Source: Marsupella aquatica
Lineage: Eukaryota > Plantae > Marchantiophyta
Direction of reading: 5' to 3'
NCBI GenBank assembly: GCA_973895155.1
Contig: OZ316893.1
Span: forward strand, 22,727,844-22,791,843
Length of the DNA stretch: 64,000 nt
The translations under genes and the position numbers were made by a program. The stretch's first letter is position 1; each line of letters starts with the position of its first letter. This document shows positions 13,137-29,793 of this stretch, piece after piece. The notes below the pieces were generated by a model. That model saw nothing but the letters and a program-made list of their open reading frames with translations. It had not been told where the DNA came from and made no database searches.

Positions 13137-13989
13137 TAAGGAAAGGCGGGCGATTCGACTGTAGCAAACGTGTGAAATGGTGACAGCCTGTAAGCTGGGG
13201 AGCACCACCAAGAGTATCTGGAGTTGCTCTAGACTCAGGTATCGGCTTTGAGCGAGTCTCATCCCCTCGATCCGTCCCATCCCTTCCGAGTTCCGATCCC
13301 GTCTTGTGTAGGCCTTCCACTTTTCCGATCTTTTCGCATTGCTTTTGTGCGGTGGGCTTTACTTTTGAGAGTGGGCCCCCGTATTTAGACAGTCCAGGAA
13401 AATCATTCCATACTCTACGATCATCACATGCACAATTCCCAGCTCCTTTCGTCCACCAATGTTTTACTATTGTCGATGATTCACAAAAAACTTATTACTC
13501 TCTTAACCCGAAGAAACTGAGCATTGACAAATGACAATAGCTATCACTAATGATGAAGTTGATTGAATCAACAGAGAATCTCAGAGATGTTCTTCACTTT
13601 TTCTGCACTTCGCCAGACCTCTCGTGCGTCCAAGATGGGTACTATCTGTACTATCTGTACTTCCTGCATATCCGGTTGTAACCCCTCGCATGGGTTCGTG
13701 CAAAGGCTCTGCAAAAGTTAGTCCACGGTCTACAGTGGTATCAATTCTAGGAGTCGATTTAAAACCGCAAACAAAACTCCGCTTGTGGCAAACTTCAAGA
13801 TGGATACTGTTGTTCAAAGATTGGGAACGTCAGATTTGGCATAGATTTGGAAAATCCGCTGGCTTCCAATAGCTAATCAGTGACCTTTTCATTATTTTCG
13901 AGGCCCTACGTTCTACCCTGTTTCGAGCACGAGGTTAAGCGTTGAGTACGAATACCATGCATGCGCGTGTTTTGAACAGGGAAGAACCA

Positions 13990-14480
13990 ATCTACTTTGA
14001 CTATAATAAACACCAAAAATCTCTTAAGCCTGTTAGTGTACTACTAAGCTCCTGTTGGAAATCTCTTAAGCCTGTTACTCCCGCTGTTAGTGTACAAGGT
14101 ACTCTTACCGGACAAGAATAGCCCTTCAATTAAAACTCGACCTGAAGCTCTCGTTTTCCAGCGCATGTATAATATTAATATCACACAATGCCTGGAAAGT
14201 TTTACATGCCTTGGGCTTTGCTCAAAATAACTGTTGGCATGAATAATAACCAGCAAGGCAGGACAGGATGATTGGGGCTCATGGAAAACTTTTGATTTGC
14301 TTGGTCGGAGGGAGGGATGGATTCAAGGTCCGATTAGTGCATGAGAAGCGGAATCAAATGCATTTTGCTGTGCAACTACGTAATGCAAACCTTGTTCTCA
14401 AATATATAAGATTTCTAACAGGACCTTAGTACACTAACAGGCTTAATAGATTTTTGGTTTTTATTATAATCAAAGTAGAT
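13990..14480. mobile_element. MITE-like element with about 80-bp inverted ends
   Basis: ATCTACTTTGACTATAATAAACACCAAAAATCTCTTAAGCCTGTTAGTGTACT (from 13990) pairs with AGTACACTAACAGGCTTAATAGATTTTTGGTTTTTATTATAATCAAAGTAGAT (to 14480). No clear TSD. Confidence 0.75.
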
Positions 14481-17400
14481 GAGAATCTTCTTGATTGATG
14501 AGTCGCCAAAAATTTTCGGACTGATGCCCTGGAAACATGGCAGCGTACTTCAGCTCACGGGGCGTCTAATGGCTCAACGAAAGTTTATCCCAAACCGTAT
14601 GCCTGAGACTTCAACGACCAAGATCTGTTCCGACTATCAGGAACTTGAAACCCGGGTAGATTGACTCGGCATATTCCGACGATCAGGGAGACGAAATGTG
14701 ATACCTACGTACCCATGCCATTGACTCGGCATTCAGCCGTTTCTCGAGCTTTTAGAAAGGCATTCATAGTCGGACCCCTAGCTAAAGTGGATTCCTGGAA
14801 AGGTCTTTTTCGACCAACCACGGAGAACAGACTCATCAGATGTCAATGAGACTTGACACGTACCCAGGAACCCATTGACTCGGCTGTGAGCCATTGACTC
14901 GGCTGTCCGCGCATGAAACAATCCAGACTCCGATCCCTTACTTGACAGAATGACCAACCATTGGCAAATCCGGTCAGTACTAGCGACGTGCAAATAAGGT
15001 GACGGCCCAACACCCAAACATGACCAATATGTCTCAGGAAGAGATTATGTTCTCTCTTTAGCAATCGTCTGTCATGCATGTATCCCCTGCAGAGCTGGAA
15101 CTGTGTGGATGGCAGACAGGTCAATCTACATGTGGGCTTGCACCATTTAGAGCGATGCCCATTGACCTCCGTGAATCCTGCGTATCTGCCTACCTTTGCT
15201 TCGAGCTTTTCTGCTGAGCAATCTTTGAGTAAACGACAATATGAGGACCTCAATGCTCGTGAATCTCGTTCTCTCAGCGTGGACATAGCTGTAGAAACCT
15301 AGTAATCAGACATGTGAAGTGTGACCGTGCTCCTGGAGAGGCTGAGCATCAGCAATTGCGCCGCTCCCTTCATTCTCTCTTTGTGGAATTGTGGCCCAAA
15401 GATTGTCCCATCACATTATTATTGTTGTAACGTGACAGAAAGCCACCAGGAAGCCGAAAGATTCCACTCTTAGGCTCGCAGTCGTCGGCGGCCATAAATG
15501 ACCACGTTCTTTTCTCTTCTGCTTCTCAGTCATTCCTTTTCCGGTTATGATTGATGACAATCATATGATTGAATTGTTTGGCAACTTCGTACCAAAGATC
15601 CGGACAGAATTCGACGACTGATTAATATCCGGAGTGGTTGCTCTCTAAAGGAATGGAATTTGATGCTCAAACGAACCAAAACAAGTTATGACACAACTCG
15701 ACACCTTCCAACCTTTGTTGAGACTCAAAATTGTGACCTGGCTTGGTTGATTTTGCAAACAGTTCAAGCTCATTCCGTGAATTGACGATTGACCTCTGAA
15801 GTTTTGGGTAAACGCCATGAATCTCTTTCGTTTTCCAGAACGTTTAGAAAACCATAAAAGCGTGTTGTCAGTATAAGTCAGTGTTTGCGTCTGGAACATG
15901 CACTTCAAATATGGTATGGGACCTTTGTGAAGTCCATTCACAAAGACAGCAGGATGTTTTTGGACAACATAACAAAGACAAAGAATACGTTCAAGCCAAG
16001 AGAGCCTTAGTTAGCAAACCATGGCATTCACGTCATCACTCATACATAAGACTTTACAATATGTCACTCGTTTTTAGTGTGACATTAGGATGTTCTATAT
16101 TTAGTTTAATCCATTTCAAGAGTATTTATGCTCCAGGCATGCGTTACTATTACCGACATTATTTATAGTGTTATGCTCTTATCATAGTAAGAGAAATTAG
16201 AGTGAACAGTATAGCTTTTATATGAAGGTCCCATATCAAAACGGTTTTAGTACATTCCTTTTAATCCTGCATTAGTTTCCAATCCACAAAATACGTTGTT
16301 GATAATAAATAAATGATGTTGCCATGTGTAGAGCCAAGGATAGCAGGCACGAGTAACTCAAGCAGGACCAGCATTGCCACATAGGGAAGCACCCAGGGAA
16401 CCAGGCCCTGGGTAAGTGATTTTTGTAAGACAAATATTTAGTTCCTTTAATGACTTTGTATTCAATTAATCATGTGAAGTTTCATTTTAGTGTACTAATC
16501 TTTATTTTTATTTTAATATTTTTAAGGAAAAATCTGTGAACCCCACAGAAAGGAAATAGTCAATCACAACACTGAACCCAATACCTATCAGTCTTCACTC
16601 AGATGAGCCAAGAATCCCTATTAACTCAGTGGCAGAGAATATTCCTAGAATTTACTCCCTTAGAGAAGCAAACATTCGCCACACTGGCTAAAAATTAAAA
16701 ACCTTAAAAAATAAATACACTGGTACCGTTAGCACCTGAGGTGAAGTCAGGGACGTGGGGTTGGTATGATTGGGGCGATGGGTACCACTTGGCATCACTG
16801 TTTATATCGTTGTCCACTTTTTGGCAGACAAAGGCCCTCGTGCTATTTGGGCCTGGCGACTGGGCCATTGGGCTTCAACAAGATTTTTACTGGAAATCAA
16901 AGATCGTTTGTAGGTTTGGAAGACTCATTCTAATTTAGTATTAAAAGAGATTCAAAGTACTGATTTATGGGGCAAACATGTTCATGACCCACGCCATTTG
17001 AAGTCTTCTAATGATATACTGCTGGACTGCACTGTAGCATAATCCTATCTTAATGAGCTGAATTGAAACATAATTTCTTTTCAAGTATGGGGCTTCAGTT
17101 TCCACTCTCCTGCAAGCATTTATTTCTAGTATTTGCCTCTGAACAGAAGCTGAAATTGGGAGACACCAATGCACCAATAGGGGGTCTCAAAACTCAAAAT
17201 CTGCCCACCAACCCACCATAAGGGGATCTCAAACTTCAAAATATTAGTAACTTAGTAGTTAAGGATATGCACACACAAAACAAAAATTGAACTACCAAAT
17301 TCATAATTCATAAATTTTTGCCATAAAGATTGGTCATATGCCATCACTATTTAATTCACCTTTGATGTGACTAGTGAAACTTTAAAAAAATTAATTGCAT

Positions 17401-19755
17401 AACCTTGTGAAAACAACTATGACCATTTAATGCCAAAAGCCATCATGCATCACTATAGGTCACCTCCAAGGTCAGCGCCAAAACTAAAACTTTTGCATAT
17501 CGGGTTGCATATAACCTTGTGAAAAAGTTATGACTAGTTATGCCTCTCAGGATAAGTCTCACTACAAGTCACCTTCCAGGTCCATGCAGAAAAGAAAAAC
17601 TTTTGCACAATCTTGTGAAAAACTATGATTAATTATGGTCTAAAGCAGTTGTCCTTCACTATGAGTCCTTGAGTTCAATATACGTTGTACTTAGACTTGT
17701 ACTGGGATTTGGAGTTCGGGGGTATCACTATATGGATATCTCCCCATCATCTGCGACATTTTTAGGCCTTGGACCCCCTAAATTGTAAGAATTTTTATTT
17801 TATTTTTTAACTCCTATAAAGTTGGAATATTCTAAAAATTTGGCTATAAGGACCCTAATGTTCCTACAAGTCTCAAATTTTGATTTAAAAGAACTTATAG
17901 TTTTTCTCAGAAAATTATTAAGTCTTCCCTTTGAACCAAGAAAATGATCATATACATGTGTCATTTTTTGTAGAAATCAAACCCTAGATTTGGAGGTTTT
18001 TCTGGCTCGGAGGATAAATAGGGATCCTTGGCCCATGATTTGGTGGAAGAACTGCTAATGGTGTCACAAAAAATATAACGAATATTAGCCAAAAGTGGCG
18101 AAAGTGTTTTGGGGAGATGGAATTTGGCTAAAATTCGCACTTAAAAAATAAGCTGAACGGTACCCCTTTACATCAAAAAGTGCAGAGTCGGAGTCACCAC
18201 TCGAGTAAACAATTTGGTGTCCTGCAAAATCCCCACACTTCTATGTCGTGATTCTAATACTCGTCCCAAGCTTCAAGTAGGAACATTCAAATTCTTAACT
18301 AAGCCAGAGCTGGCATGACTAGAGCGGCGGGTAGACTAGAGAGGCAACATGCAGTTCGGGAGAAGTAGCAAGCTGGCAGATTTGTCAAACGAGGCAAAGA
18401 CAAGTTTGGGAATCGGGGAAGGAATTAAGACAGTCAAGCTCCTGTTCGAGATAGAGAGGAATCATGTGCTGGAAAGCGAGTTCACGAATTCAGATGAGCA
18501 CGGGAAAGCAATCCTCCTCCTCAGAAGGAAGGAAGGGTGAGGACAAAAGGTCCACACAAGCCCAAAGTCCACACAAGCGAGAAGAAATGTCCACACACAG
18601 CGAGAACAAATGACATGCAGCTCTTTCTGCCCTCCCACAGACACACATCCTCTCCTCTCCTCCCCTCTGGTCTCTTCGCTTCTCTTCTCGTCTCTGCTTG
18701 CTTGCCGTGGTAGTCAAACCGTATCCGAGTGGATCGATCGATCAACCCCGATTAGCTGGTCACACACGTCGGTACGTGCTGCTTTCAAGGAACAGTAGAG
18801 ATTTCAACCGTTCACGTAAGATTTCATCCAGGGGTTCAGGTATTGGTGGTCCCAGGTGACCGATCCCAGCCAGCACAACCTATCCGCAACAGAAAGTTTC
18901 GTTCTTCCACGAAACTGATTGGGTCCGAGTTGGATTACCGTACTATCGTTGAACTCCGCCACACAAAGCGGCAGTCCAGTTGATTGACCTATTACCCATG
19001 TTCCCCTCTTGATTGCTGGCTCACTACTAAGATTTTCAGTTTACTAGTCTATTTCATTCCATCTGAATATGGATAGAGTAGCCAGGAGAGGAAAGAGAAT
19101 TTGCCTTTGGAGATGTCAAGAAGGGCTGCAGTGGTAAAACGGCTTCAACTGAGATAGTTCAACTGAATCAATCATTCAGTTCTCATTCAGTTCGATTGAG
19201 TCAGTTAACTACCCTGTTGCATTCCATCTGAATAAAGATAAAGTAGCATAGGAAGTAAATTTGCATTTGTACAAGAGATGCAAAGAAGGGGCACAGTTGT
19301 AATTTAGCGAGAATCTGTTTACCGACGTCATCCGAACGTACGCTCTCGCATCAGCGGTTTAGTAACGTTTTCCGAACGCTCTCTTATTCGTAAAGAGAGC
19401 GATTCTCCTAAGCAATTCTCCTAAGCGAATCGTTTCATTCCAGGGGTGAATCACTGGACGAGCTGGTCATTTTGCTCTATATTAAGTTCTGCTGATTGGC
19501 ACACAGGAGATACTCCACCTACTGCAGAATTCAACTAGGGTTGACTTCTACAGTCTCCTACCCGTGTCCATGCCAAATCGAGCCAAAGAATGTTTCACAA
19601 TCATGATCACAAGCTCCCAATAATGCCAGCCACTTGGTGACGGATGCGGAACATGTCAATGCTCTGTTGAGCGGAAAGGAACCATGGTGTCAGAATCGCT
19701 ACGTACTCCACTGTAGGACGTACGTAGCCAGCCAGACACAAGCTATAGCTTCCTA

Positions 19756-21393
19756 CATAATCTAAACTAAGACTAATTTAAGCAGCCTCCATTTAAAGAG
19801 GATTGGTCGCGACGGTGTCGGTTGATGAAGAGTGCTATAGACAATTTCAGGGTAGAGTCCGTGGTGCTCCAAAATGTTGCCTGCCTTCGTTGGCAACAAC
19901 ACAGCCAGGATCCAGAATACCTTATTGGCCAGCTGGGTACAACTCATTAGGCTTTGGCAGCCAGGCGTATTGTACAGGCAACACAACGCGATTTCCAGGT
20001 AATTGCGTCTGGACATTCCTTGCCCATAAATCCATGTCTCCATGACATTCTCAGGTGTCATCATCATACTATACACTATTACACTACATATTGGTGAAGG
20101 GTTTGCCATTGAGTCAACAATACACGTACCCACCTATGTAGGTGCATTGCTTCGCGTTTTGTGTAAGGTACATACGTTGCTGGGGTTCCTACGCTTTGTG
20201 TAGGGTAAGCTTTGGTTTCATTGGCCTCTCTCGTCTGCTCAATAGCTCGTAGGGTGTGCTCCCACTTAGGTAACATACATCGGGTTCCCAGCTTCAGTTA
20301 ATTAAAGGGAAAACTTTGTAAGATGGGCTTAATTACGGATCTTGCAGCCACTTTCAATCCAGAAGACCTGGCATTTTACTTTTCGGATCTACCACATAGA
20401 TGTCTACATCACGCGCTAGAGGTTGCATGCTGCTATTCCTCTTGTGGTCGATCGAATCACTTTGTCGAATGTTTTGCACTTTGAATATCTTCGAGCAATC
20501 ACCTTGGCCTCAGCCTAGCATATGCATGGGCCCGCTAGCGCGTTCTTGCTTAATTTCTACCTCGCCGCGGTGCATGGGAGACTCGCCTTACCCATGGGCG
20601 GCGAGCTTTTTCATGCGTTGACAGACCAATTTGGCTACTTGGTACGTCCACCGGACCTCCGCTTAGGCTCCGGCCATGTTTGTAAGAAGAAGTGGGCTCG
20701 ATCTCTTTCTTTTGCCGTTGCGACACTATCCTAAGTTCTTGGTCTTTTCGACAGCTCCTCGATATAGTCGTGGCCTGAAAATTTTCCTACTTCCTACAGC
20801 TGAGGAACTCGTTGATAGACTCATAGCTGTGTCGCGATGACCAACCTTTTCATCAACAATCCCGAATTGGGGACCTACCTCTCCTACTGGTGGTTATTTC
20901 TCTAGTAGAGCGCGCTAGTGAAGCAAGCATCATTGAATTGGCAATCGTTTTGCTACATGAATTCGCTTCAAAAGTTAATGTACTTGTAATTATAAATCTT
21001 TTGACGGGTAAGGAAATTGGAGACTGAAACTTAGCGAGCTTCTACATTTTCGCTTGAGATGCCGACGAAAACTCGCCCTTTCCTCCGGACGCGCTTTGGG
21101 GATGAATTGACGGAGGCTTCTCCCGAGGCAATCAGGTTCGAGTACGTGATCACACACAAGCTGGTCGTATGAAATGAAGAACCCAATTCTTCTGCCTCTG
21201 CTGGGTCTATCCCCGATGATGGGTCTGTCCCCGATGATGGAAGTACGACGAACTACTAGGAAATGTATTCAATATCAAAGCCATTAGTGAATAAGAGTGT
21301 CTGGTGACTGCCATGTTCAGTTCAAGAGTAAAGTATCTTCGATCTTGCACGTGACAGCCGTGATTTTCTGCCGACGCACGCACGGAGATCGCC
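19756..21393 (-). mobile_element. Complete 1.64-kb non-coding insertion with 13-bp TSD (retroposon-like); orientation inferred
   Basis: CTATAGCTTCCTA flanks it at 19743-19755 and 21394-21406. No TIR or LTR and no credible ORF. A second copy lies at 3095-6727. Confidence 0.8.
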
Positions 21394-21898
21394 CTATAGC
21401 TTCCTAGCATGGCTCCTACTGTATGACACGTAGTACTTATGACAGTCGATGCTGAATTGATCTGGTCAGAATCTCTTACTAGGACCACTTCACGGCAAAT
21501 CCACTTTGAGTTGCGATCTTGAAGCGATATAATTTCGAATGTGTCGGAGCCAAGAGGGAAGAAATTAAAAGGAAAGCAGCGGAATGTTCCCTTCATGCGG
21601 ATCATGTACGTATAGTGAAAATCACAAGCAGAACAGGCCCAGGCCCAAGGTGAACTAGAGCTTGGAATTGCCTGCTCTAATTCGCTGAGAGGGCAAATAC
21701 AGTTCACTCAGAAGCCATAGAACGACTGCATGCAGCTAGCTAGCTAGACAGTGACTGTTCCTTCTATGCATGTGATCTACGAATCGAGGTCCCCACTAGA
21801 GCTTCATTTGAGCTTTTGTGTCTTGCTTTTTCTTCAAAATGGAAAATGTAAATAATATGAATGAACACATTAATTTTTCACTCAGAGAGTAGTATACA

Positions 21899-22781
21899 CT
21901 AGTGAAATAAAATCGCAAATGAGATTTCCACGTGCTGCCCCCGACGACCAACACCTGACAAACAAATTTTCCATCTGATGAAGAGAAATTCGTCCATGCG
22001 AAATTGTGAATTATGTCCGGCGATGTAGTCTTCGCAATATCGCATGGACGAATTTGTCGTACACCAAGTCCGTGAGTACTTCGTCTGGCGAACGCATCTA
22101 AACACGAGTAAAATGAGGTGACATCTCGGATTTTTTCCCGACTTAAAAGTCTCCGCTATAGAAGCAATTAATAGAAGCACTAACCTATATAATCTTGCTT
22201 CTACCACATAATTCACATTAAGATCGAAACTAAGCTAATGAAATAGATCATTGTTAGCAAAAATTTCGATTCTATGAGGGTTGCTTGATTCCAATTGTTT
22301 GTAATCATAATCTGTCAACTTACAACTTAACAGAAACAACAGAATTCTTTTGTTGATCTGAAGTTGAGGATGCACTGTTGCTAGGATTGAGGATGCGCTG
22401 TTGCTAGGATTGATAGTTGTATAGTTGTAGACTCTATCGCGGACCCACTGTTCAGTACCATGCCGGGTCACTGTCCACTGGCCGGTCTTATGGATTTTTG
22501 TCCCTCCCGCTGCAGTAGTTGAACTTCTTATTTGGCTTCCATCTTTGGTCTTTCCTCTCTTCTGGTGCCGGTTTCCCGGTCTTTTGGACTTTCGACCTTT
22601 GGTCCACCTGGGTGCCGACCCCCTTTGTGGGCCACCCCGTTTGTGGGCCACTCCGTTTGTATGTTGGCTTTTTGGATGAATCTCAAATGGTTTTTTCGAG
22701 TCAAAAAACCTTACCAGAAACAAAGCATTACGTTACAAGTGCAGCCAAATATTTTCTGCGGAAATATAAGTAGGGTTGTGA
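21899..22781 (-). mobile_element. Possible second-family non-autonomous Helitron
   Basis: The minus strand starts A|TCACAACCCTACTTATATTT and ends in an imperfect hairpin (AAATCTCATTTGCGATTT) followed by ATTTCACTAG|T. No empty site is available. Confidence 0.35.
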
Positions 22782-24197
22782 TTGGATTGGGCCTTTAATG
22801 AAGCTGTATTCGTCAAATGCAGTGGCACATCAGACTGATTCAGGATTTGATTTCGTCATCAACTGCAGTGATCGTCTGCTGCTAAGTACGTAGTCTCATA
22901 AGCATATACGATCCCTCATTTTCTGTAAATAGTCCAAACCCTTTATTCTGTTCTTTAATTCATGACGTGACGAACTGACCTTATGAAGTCCTGGCTGAGA
23001 ACATAGGAAACTCTTCACAAAAATCACTCTCCTCCTTTAAGCCGTTCCGTCCTTAGGTCGACAAGAATATCACTTCTAATCATGATAGCCAGTACGATGG
23101 ATAAACACGATGTCGCATTGGAAACATTTCCTTGATTCCCCAACCTTAATTGCCCAAACTTTTGATCACTCCTCTTACACCTCTAGCATGTACCATGAGA
23201 AGTATATGTGACTCAGATCATTCAGCAGAGTGTCAAATAATTATGTCCTTTTGTCAAATATGTCCTTTGTTGTACATTGAAGCTCTTCGAGGTCCGGAGA
23301 CGAATGGACACCACAGACAATTGGCCGATCATCCTTTCTAAATCACATTAAGTATTATCTGCAAAGTTGACATTTTCAAACACTTGTGCACTTCTTAGCT
23401 AGGTGATAATGAGTATCTGAGAAATTCAAGGAAACTAACCTTATGAGCTCCAACGATTACATTGTTGAATAACCCTGAAATCTAGTCAGAACTCTTTACA
23501 AGCACTACCTTTCTGGCAACTGACAATTGATTCAACACCTATTCCACACCTCAAACTTCCAGCATTGGACTTTGCAGAAAAACCAATTTTATTAACAATA
23601 TGCTGAGACAAGTTTCAATCCAGGCAGCTGGTTCTTTTCAATCTGAAATGTAGAAATCGTTCTCAAGCTGGCTCCGTGTCTCCACCAGCCTTTGAATCAC
23701 AAAGCAAGGATGTTCAGGACGAATAATTCTGTCAAGACAAACAGGCAGGGTGCTTCTGAGCATGGCCAGGGCATGGCAGCTAGGTCAGTGCCTCTGCTAC
23801 TCTCACACTTACCTCGAGAAATAGATTTGCTAGCTAATTCTAATTGAAGCTAGCGTGGATTGTGACATCATGTCCAGCAATTTCTCGTCCAAGATATAAT
23901 ACGTGGTACACCGTCTTGCACATATGTATCTCCTATGTAATCAAAATGTTCATTAATCCCTGTCTAGGACACTTTGTATGAATTGAGTTGTGAGTGGTTT
24001 TCCATATCTCACGCTAAACTACGGTACATTAAAATCTGCAAAACCGCAAATGGGATATATGCGAAGTGGGAAAATTAGCTTAGTTAGAAGCCACTCAATA
24101 GGCACTTCATTTGAAGAAGCTTGGAGGCCTCCTCTTTATTTGACTGATTTCAAAAGTGGTGTGGTTGATCCAAAGTCGGAAGTCTTTCGTCCGAAGT

Positions 24198-26450
<2,253 letters not shown>

Positions 26451-29400
26451 ATTGTTTCGTTCTTTCCTCTTTTCCTTGCCAATACTTCGTCAATTGATTC
26501 AATTCTCCACCCAGGACGTGCACCAGTGCTCCCAGCTCGATCAAGTTAACGCAGAGCTCGATGTATATTAACCTAGAGTGTCCCAACATCAGCGATATCT
26601 TAGCCACAATCGTTCCCAGCTAATCCATGAGCGATCGAGCGCTTCTGAGTATGCAAATATCGATCTTAATGAAGAAAATGGCACAATGTTAGATCGATCT
26701 ACGTTTGGCCCAGGGAATTCTGAACTAAAGAATGTAGGAATTAACTAACGAGAATGAGCGATGAATGTAGGAAAGACTTCTAGACGATGTCTGGGTCCAA
26801 GACGATTTTGAGATTAAGCGTCTGCTGCTTCTTCTGGCATCATCTGGAAGGGCCCTTATAAATGCACACGATGCTCTGACGACGACAAGCTGAGGAAATA
26901 TATCTGTACAAGGAACGCGTACGGTAGGTCCTGTCTACTCATGTGCTGTATTGCAATATATACGCCACGTTACATACACGCGCAGATTATCACAACCACA
27001 GTCCTTGTAGTACTTCAAATCGGCCGACTCGTAAGCGAATTGGCAGCTCGCACATTGCCTCGCTGCATTCTCATTACATTCGGTTTCAGCTAGCAAAGCG
27101 ATCGGGACCATTTGGTACATGATGTATGAGGGGAAGTCAGCGCGAAGCTGCAAAATCTATTCTAATATCTGGACGCGACTAGCATGTCCTCATCCATTCC
27201 AGCTGTAAGTGCCCTCCGCCACGCTAGGCCAGGTGCTGAGCACATAGTTGGATGGCGATTTCGAAGAATTCTGCTCTAGTCGATTGAGCTGCCTGTGTAA
27301 TTAAGTGCAACTTACTGTTCAATGCTTCTGTGAAAGGATACCATAGATACGAGCTTGACGTGATGATGGTGCATTCGGGGGTCCATTCCTTTCGCTTGTC
27401 ACCCGTAGATCCTGGCGAGGTGGTACGAATGCTCTAGACAGTAGGGCAGCTGGCCGGACCGGTCATGAACATGCAAGTAAATCCTGGTGACGAGACCAGC
27501 TGGAGTTTCACAAGAGATATTAGTCTCCTGCTCCTTTCACCGTCATTTAGAGATTCGGGTGGAGCAGTCCGTTCTTGCGTGTATGCATGTGAATTTCTGA
27601 GACATTTCGGCTGAACTGTTTCAATCTCGTGATCAGTTCGTACAATCAGATGCCTAAAGTCGAGCCTGAGCCATGGCAGCACGTTTTTTGTTTTTATCTC
27701 CGATTTCCGTGCTTTCATTTCAGGTGTTTCTGTTTCTCATTCCTTGGATTCGGTTTTCCAGCACTTCAAATTATTCAGGAGTTCACGTCTTGAAGGCCGG
27801 GTAAAAAAGCAAGGTGATCCTCATTAGTGTACGTGCCGATGCCTCGCTAGTATACAGTTCACCACAGCTTGCAGCTTGTATATCCATAATAAGCCAACGC
27901 TGTTTTTGGGATGTACGAGCTCCAGCGCGTCTCTCTCAAGAGGCTGAATGACGTTCGCTCCCGTCATTATTTGCGCTAAGCACCACTGATTATGATGCAT
28001 TGTTGCCTATCTCGTGCTACAACTTCAGCGCACTCGCTTCAGCAGAATTCGTTCAGACATGTCTGACTGTCGGTTTCCACATGCGCTGGCTGATTACGCC
28101 GGGCTCCCTCTTACCACATTGCTGCCTTCAACTTCTCAGTCAAAGCCAGCAACCCCCTCTAGAAAGAGGAAACATCCTTCTTTCTGGGACCACCACTTCA
28201 GAGCCAGTTCTTTCTTTCCTGGGTCCACACGTCTTTCGCTCCTCGAGGCGCCACTCACTGCACTCAGTATGAAAACGAAGAGGGCAGTTTATCATGAGAC
28301 TAAACTTCTCAGTCAGACATAGACGGATTGAGCATGATCTTTCGAGAGCAAGAATTTCGATAAAACTAGTAAGTAAGAACCGTACATCCCAAGGGAAGTA
28401 TTCTCTTTCATCATCCTGTTTCATATATCTTGTAAAGTATTAAAGTGCTCCATCCGTTCCAATGCTCATTCACGAACATCAAAACCTCCTTTCATTAATC
28501 CTTGGTTTTTTTTGTTTAACCGTGTCGAATCACAATTTCTGCAAGGGGGAGCTTGCCAGGGACACAAGATGTCTTCCCTCTGACTAGGCCCACCAACACA
28601 AGGTGGGCGCACGAGGACGATCTATTTCGAAATACCTCTGTCCATGCCACCCATGTGCCAGGTTGCGTTGCCCGGTTGATCCTATGCATCAGAATTTGAA
28701 GTTTCCCTGGCCTACTGTCATTGATCGATGGAAGCTAGAGTCTCGTGACTCTGATCAGGGACCAAGGATACAGAGCTTTCAACAAACAAACTTTGAATAT
28801 TCAGGGCCATTGTGTATTTAGGCTGAGTACTGATCTACAGCCGTTTCCGAACCGGTATAAATTTCAAGTTCTTTCTTCGGAAGTTTCCTCTGAAGTACAA
28901 TCTGGATTTTCAGTTTTGGGAAGGTAGGATTGCTCGTGTTCTAGAGTACCACAACTGTTCGACGTGAAGACCTTGGCTAGAGTGTTCTGTTTCAACAGAC
29001 TATTATTTTCTCTTTTGAATAGCTGCCCCAAGACGGCTGCTGTTGCGCTACTTTGCTTCAGTCACGATGAGCATCTGTTGACTGTTCCGAAAAATTCTCA
29101 ACTCGATCTGTAAAGCTTTTCTTGTACAAATAACTCTCTAAATGCACACTCTTGCGTGCACTGAACCAATTTCTGCATTCCTTGATAAATGCAAAGTAAC
29201 TCCCTCAAGTTTGCATTTATCAATAAGCAACACCCCCTGAACAGGAGAGAGAGCCGACTGTGTATGTAGCCCTATAATCGAATCTCCACTGCCTCTGAAA
29301 TTCTCTTCTGCCTCTGGATATTCTCATACATGCACCCATTCTTAATCGTATTGCATTCCATTGTCATTAAGCTCATTAATTTGTTCAGAAATTGTTATCA

Positions 29401-29793
29401 TTCCAGATGCTGGCCCTGATTGCTGGTTTTGACATGTTGGTGTTCAACTTCCTCAATCAACTGTTCTGGTGAGATTGCCTTGAGTTCAAGGTCACATCGT
29501 TCAAACGAGACACTTTAATTGTTTTCTTCTTAAGCTTCTATGCATCTGAATCGAGGTCAGTTAATGTTTCCAGTTCTGGAAAATAAAATTATGTTCTCCT
29601 GTTGTGACATAGAGGCAATTACATCCTAACGATTTGAACATTCACCTCTGGTTCAAAAACAGCACGAGGTGAAGACGATAATTGTTAAATCATCCGTGCT
29701 TTCATTCTACCATTCAATGCGTGATTAGAAGAGTCGTCACAGCTTCTCTCATAATTAAGCTTTGCACACTTTTCGACATTTGACATGGACAAC

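Noticed and set aside
21290-21393. HDV-like ribozyme at the presumed 5' end of the 1.64-kb element
   Set aside because: CGATCT/AGATCG can pair, but the P1.1, L3 and J4/2 elements could not be built.
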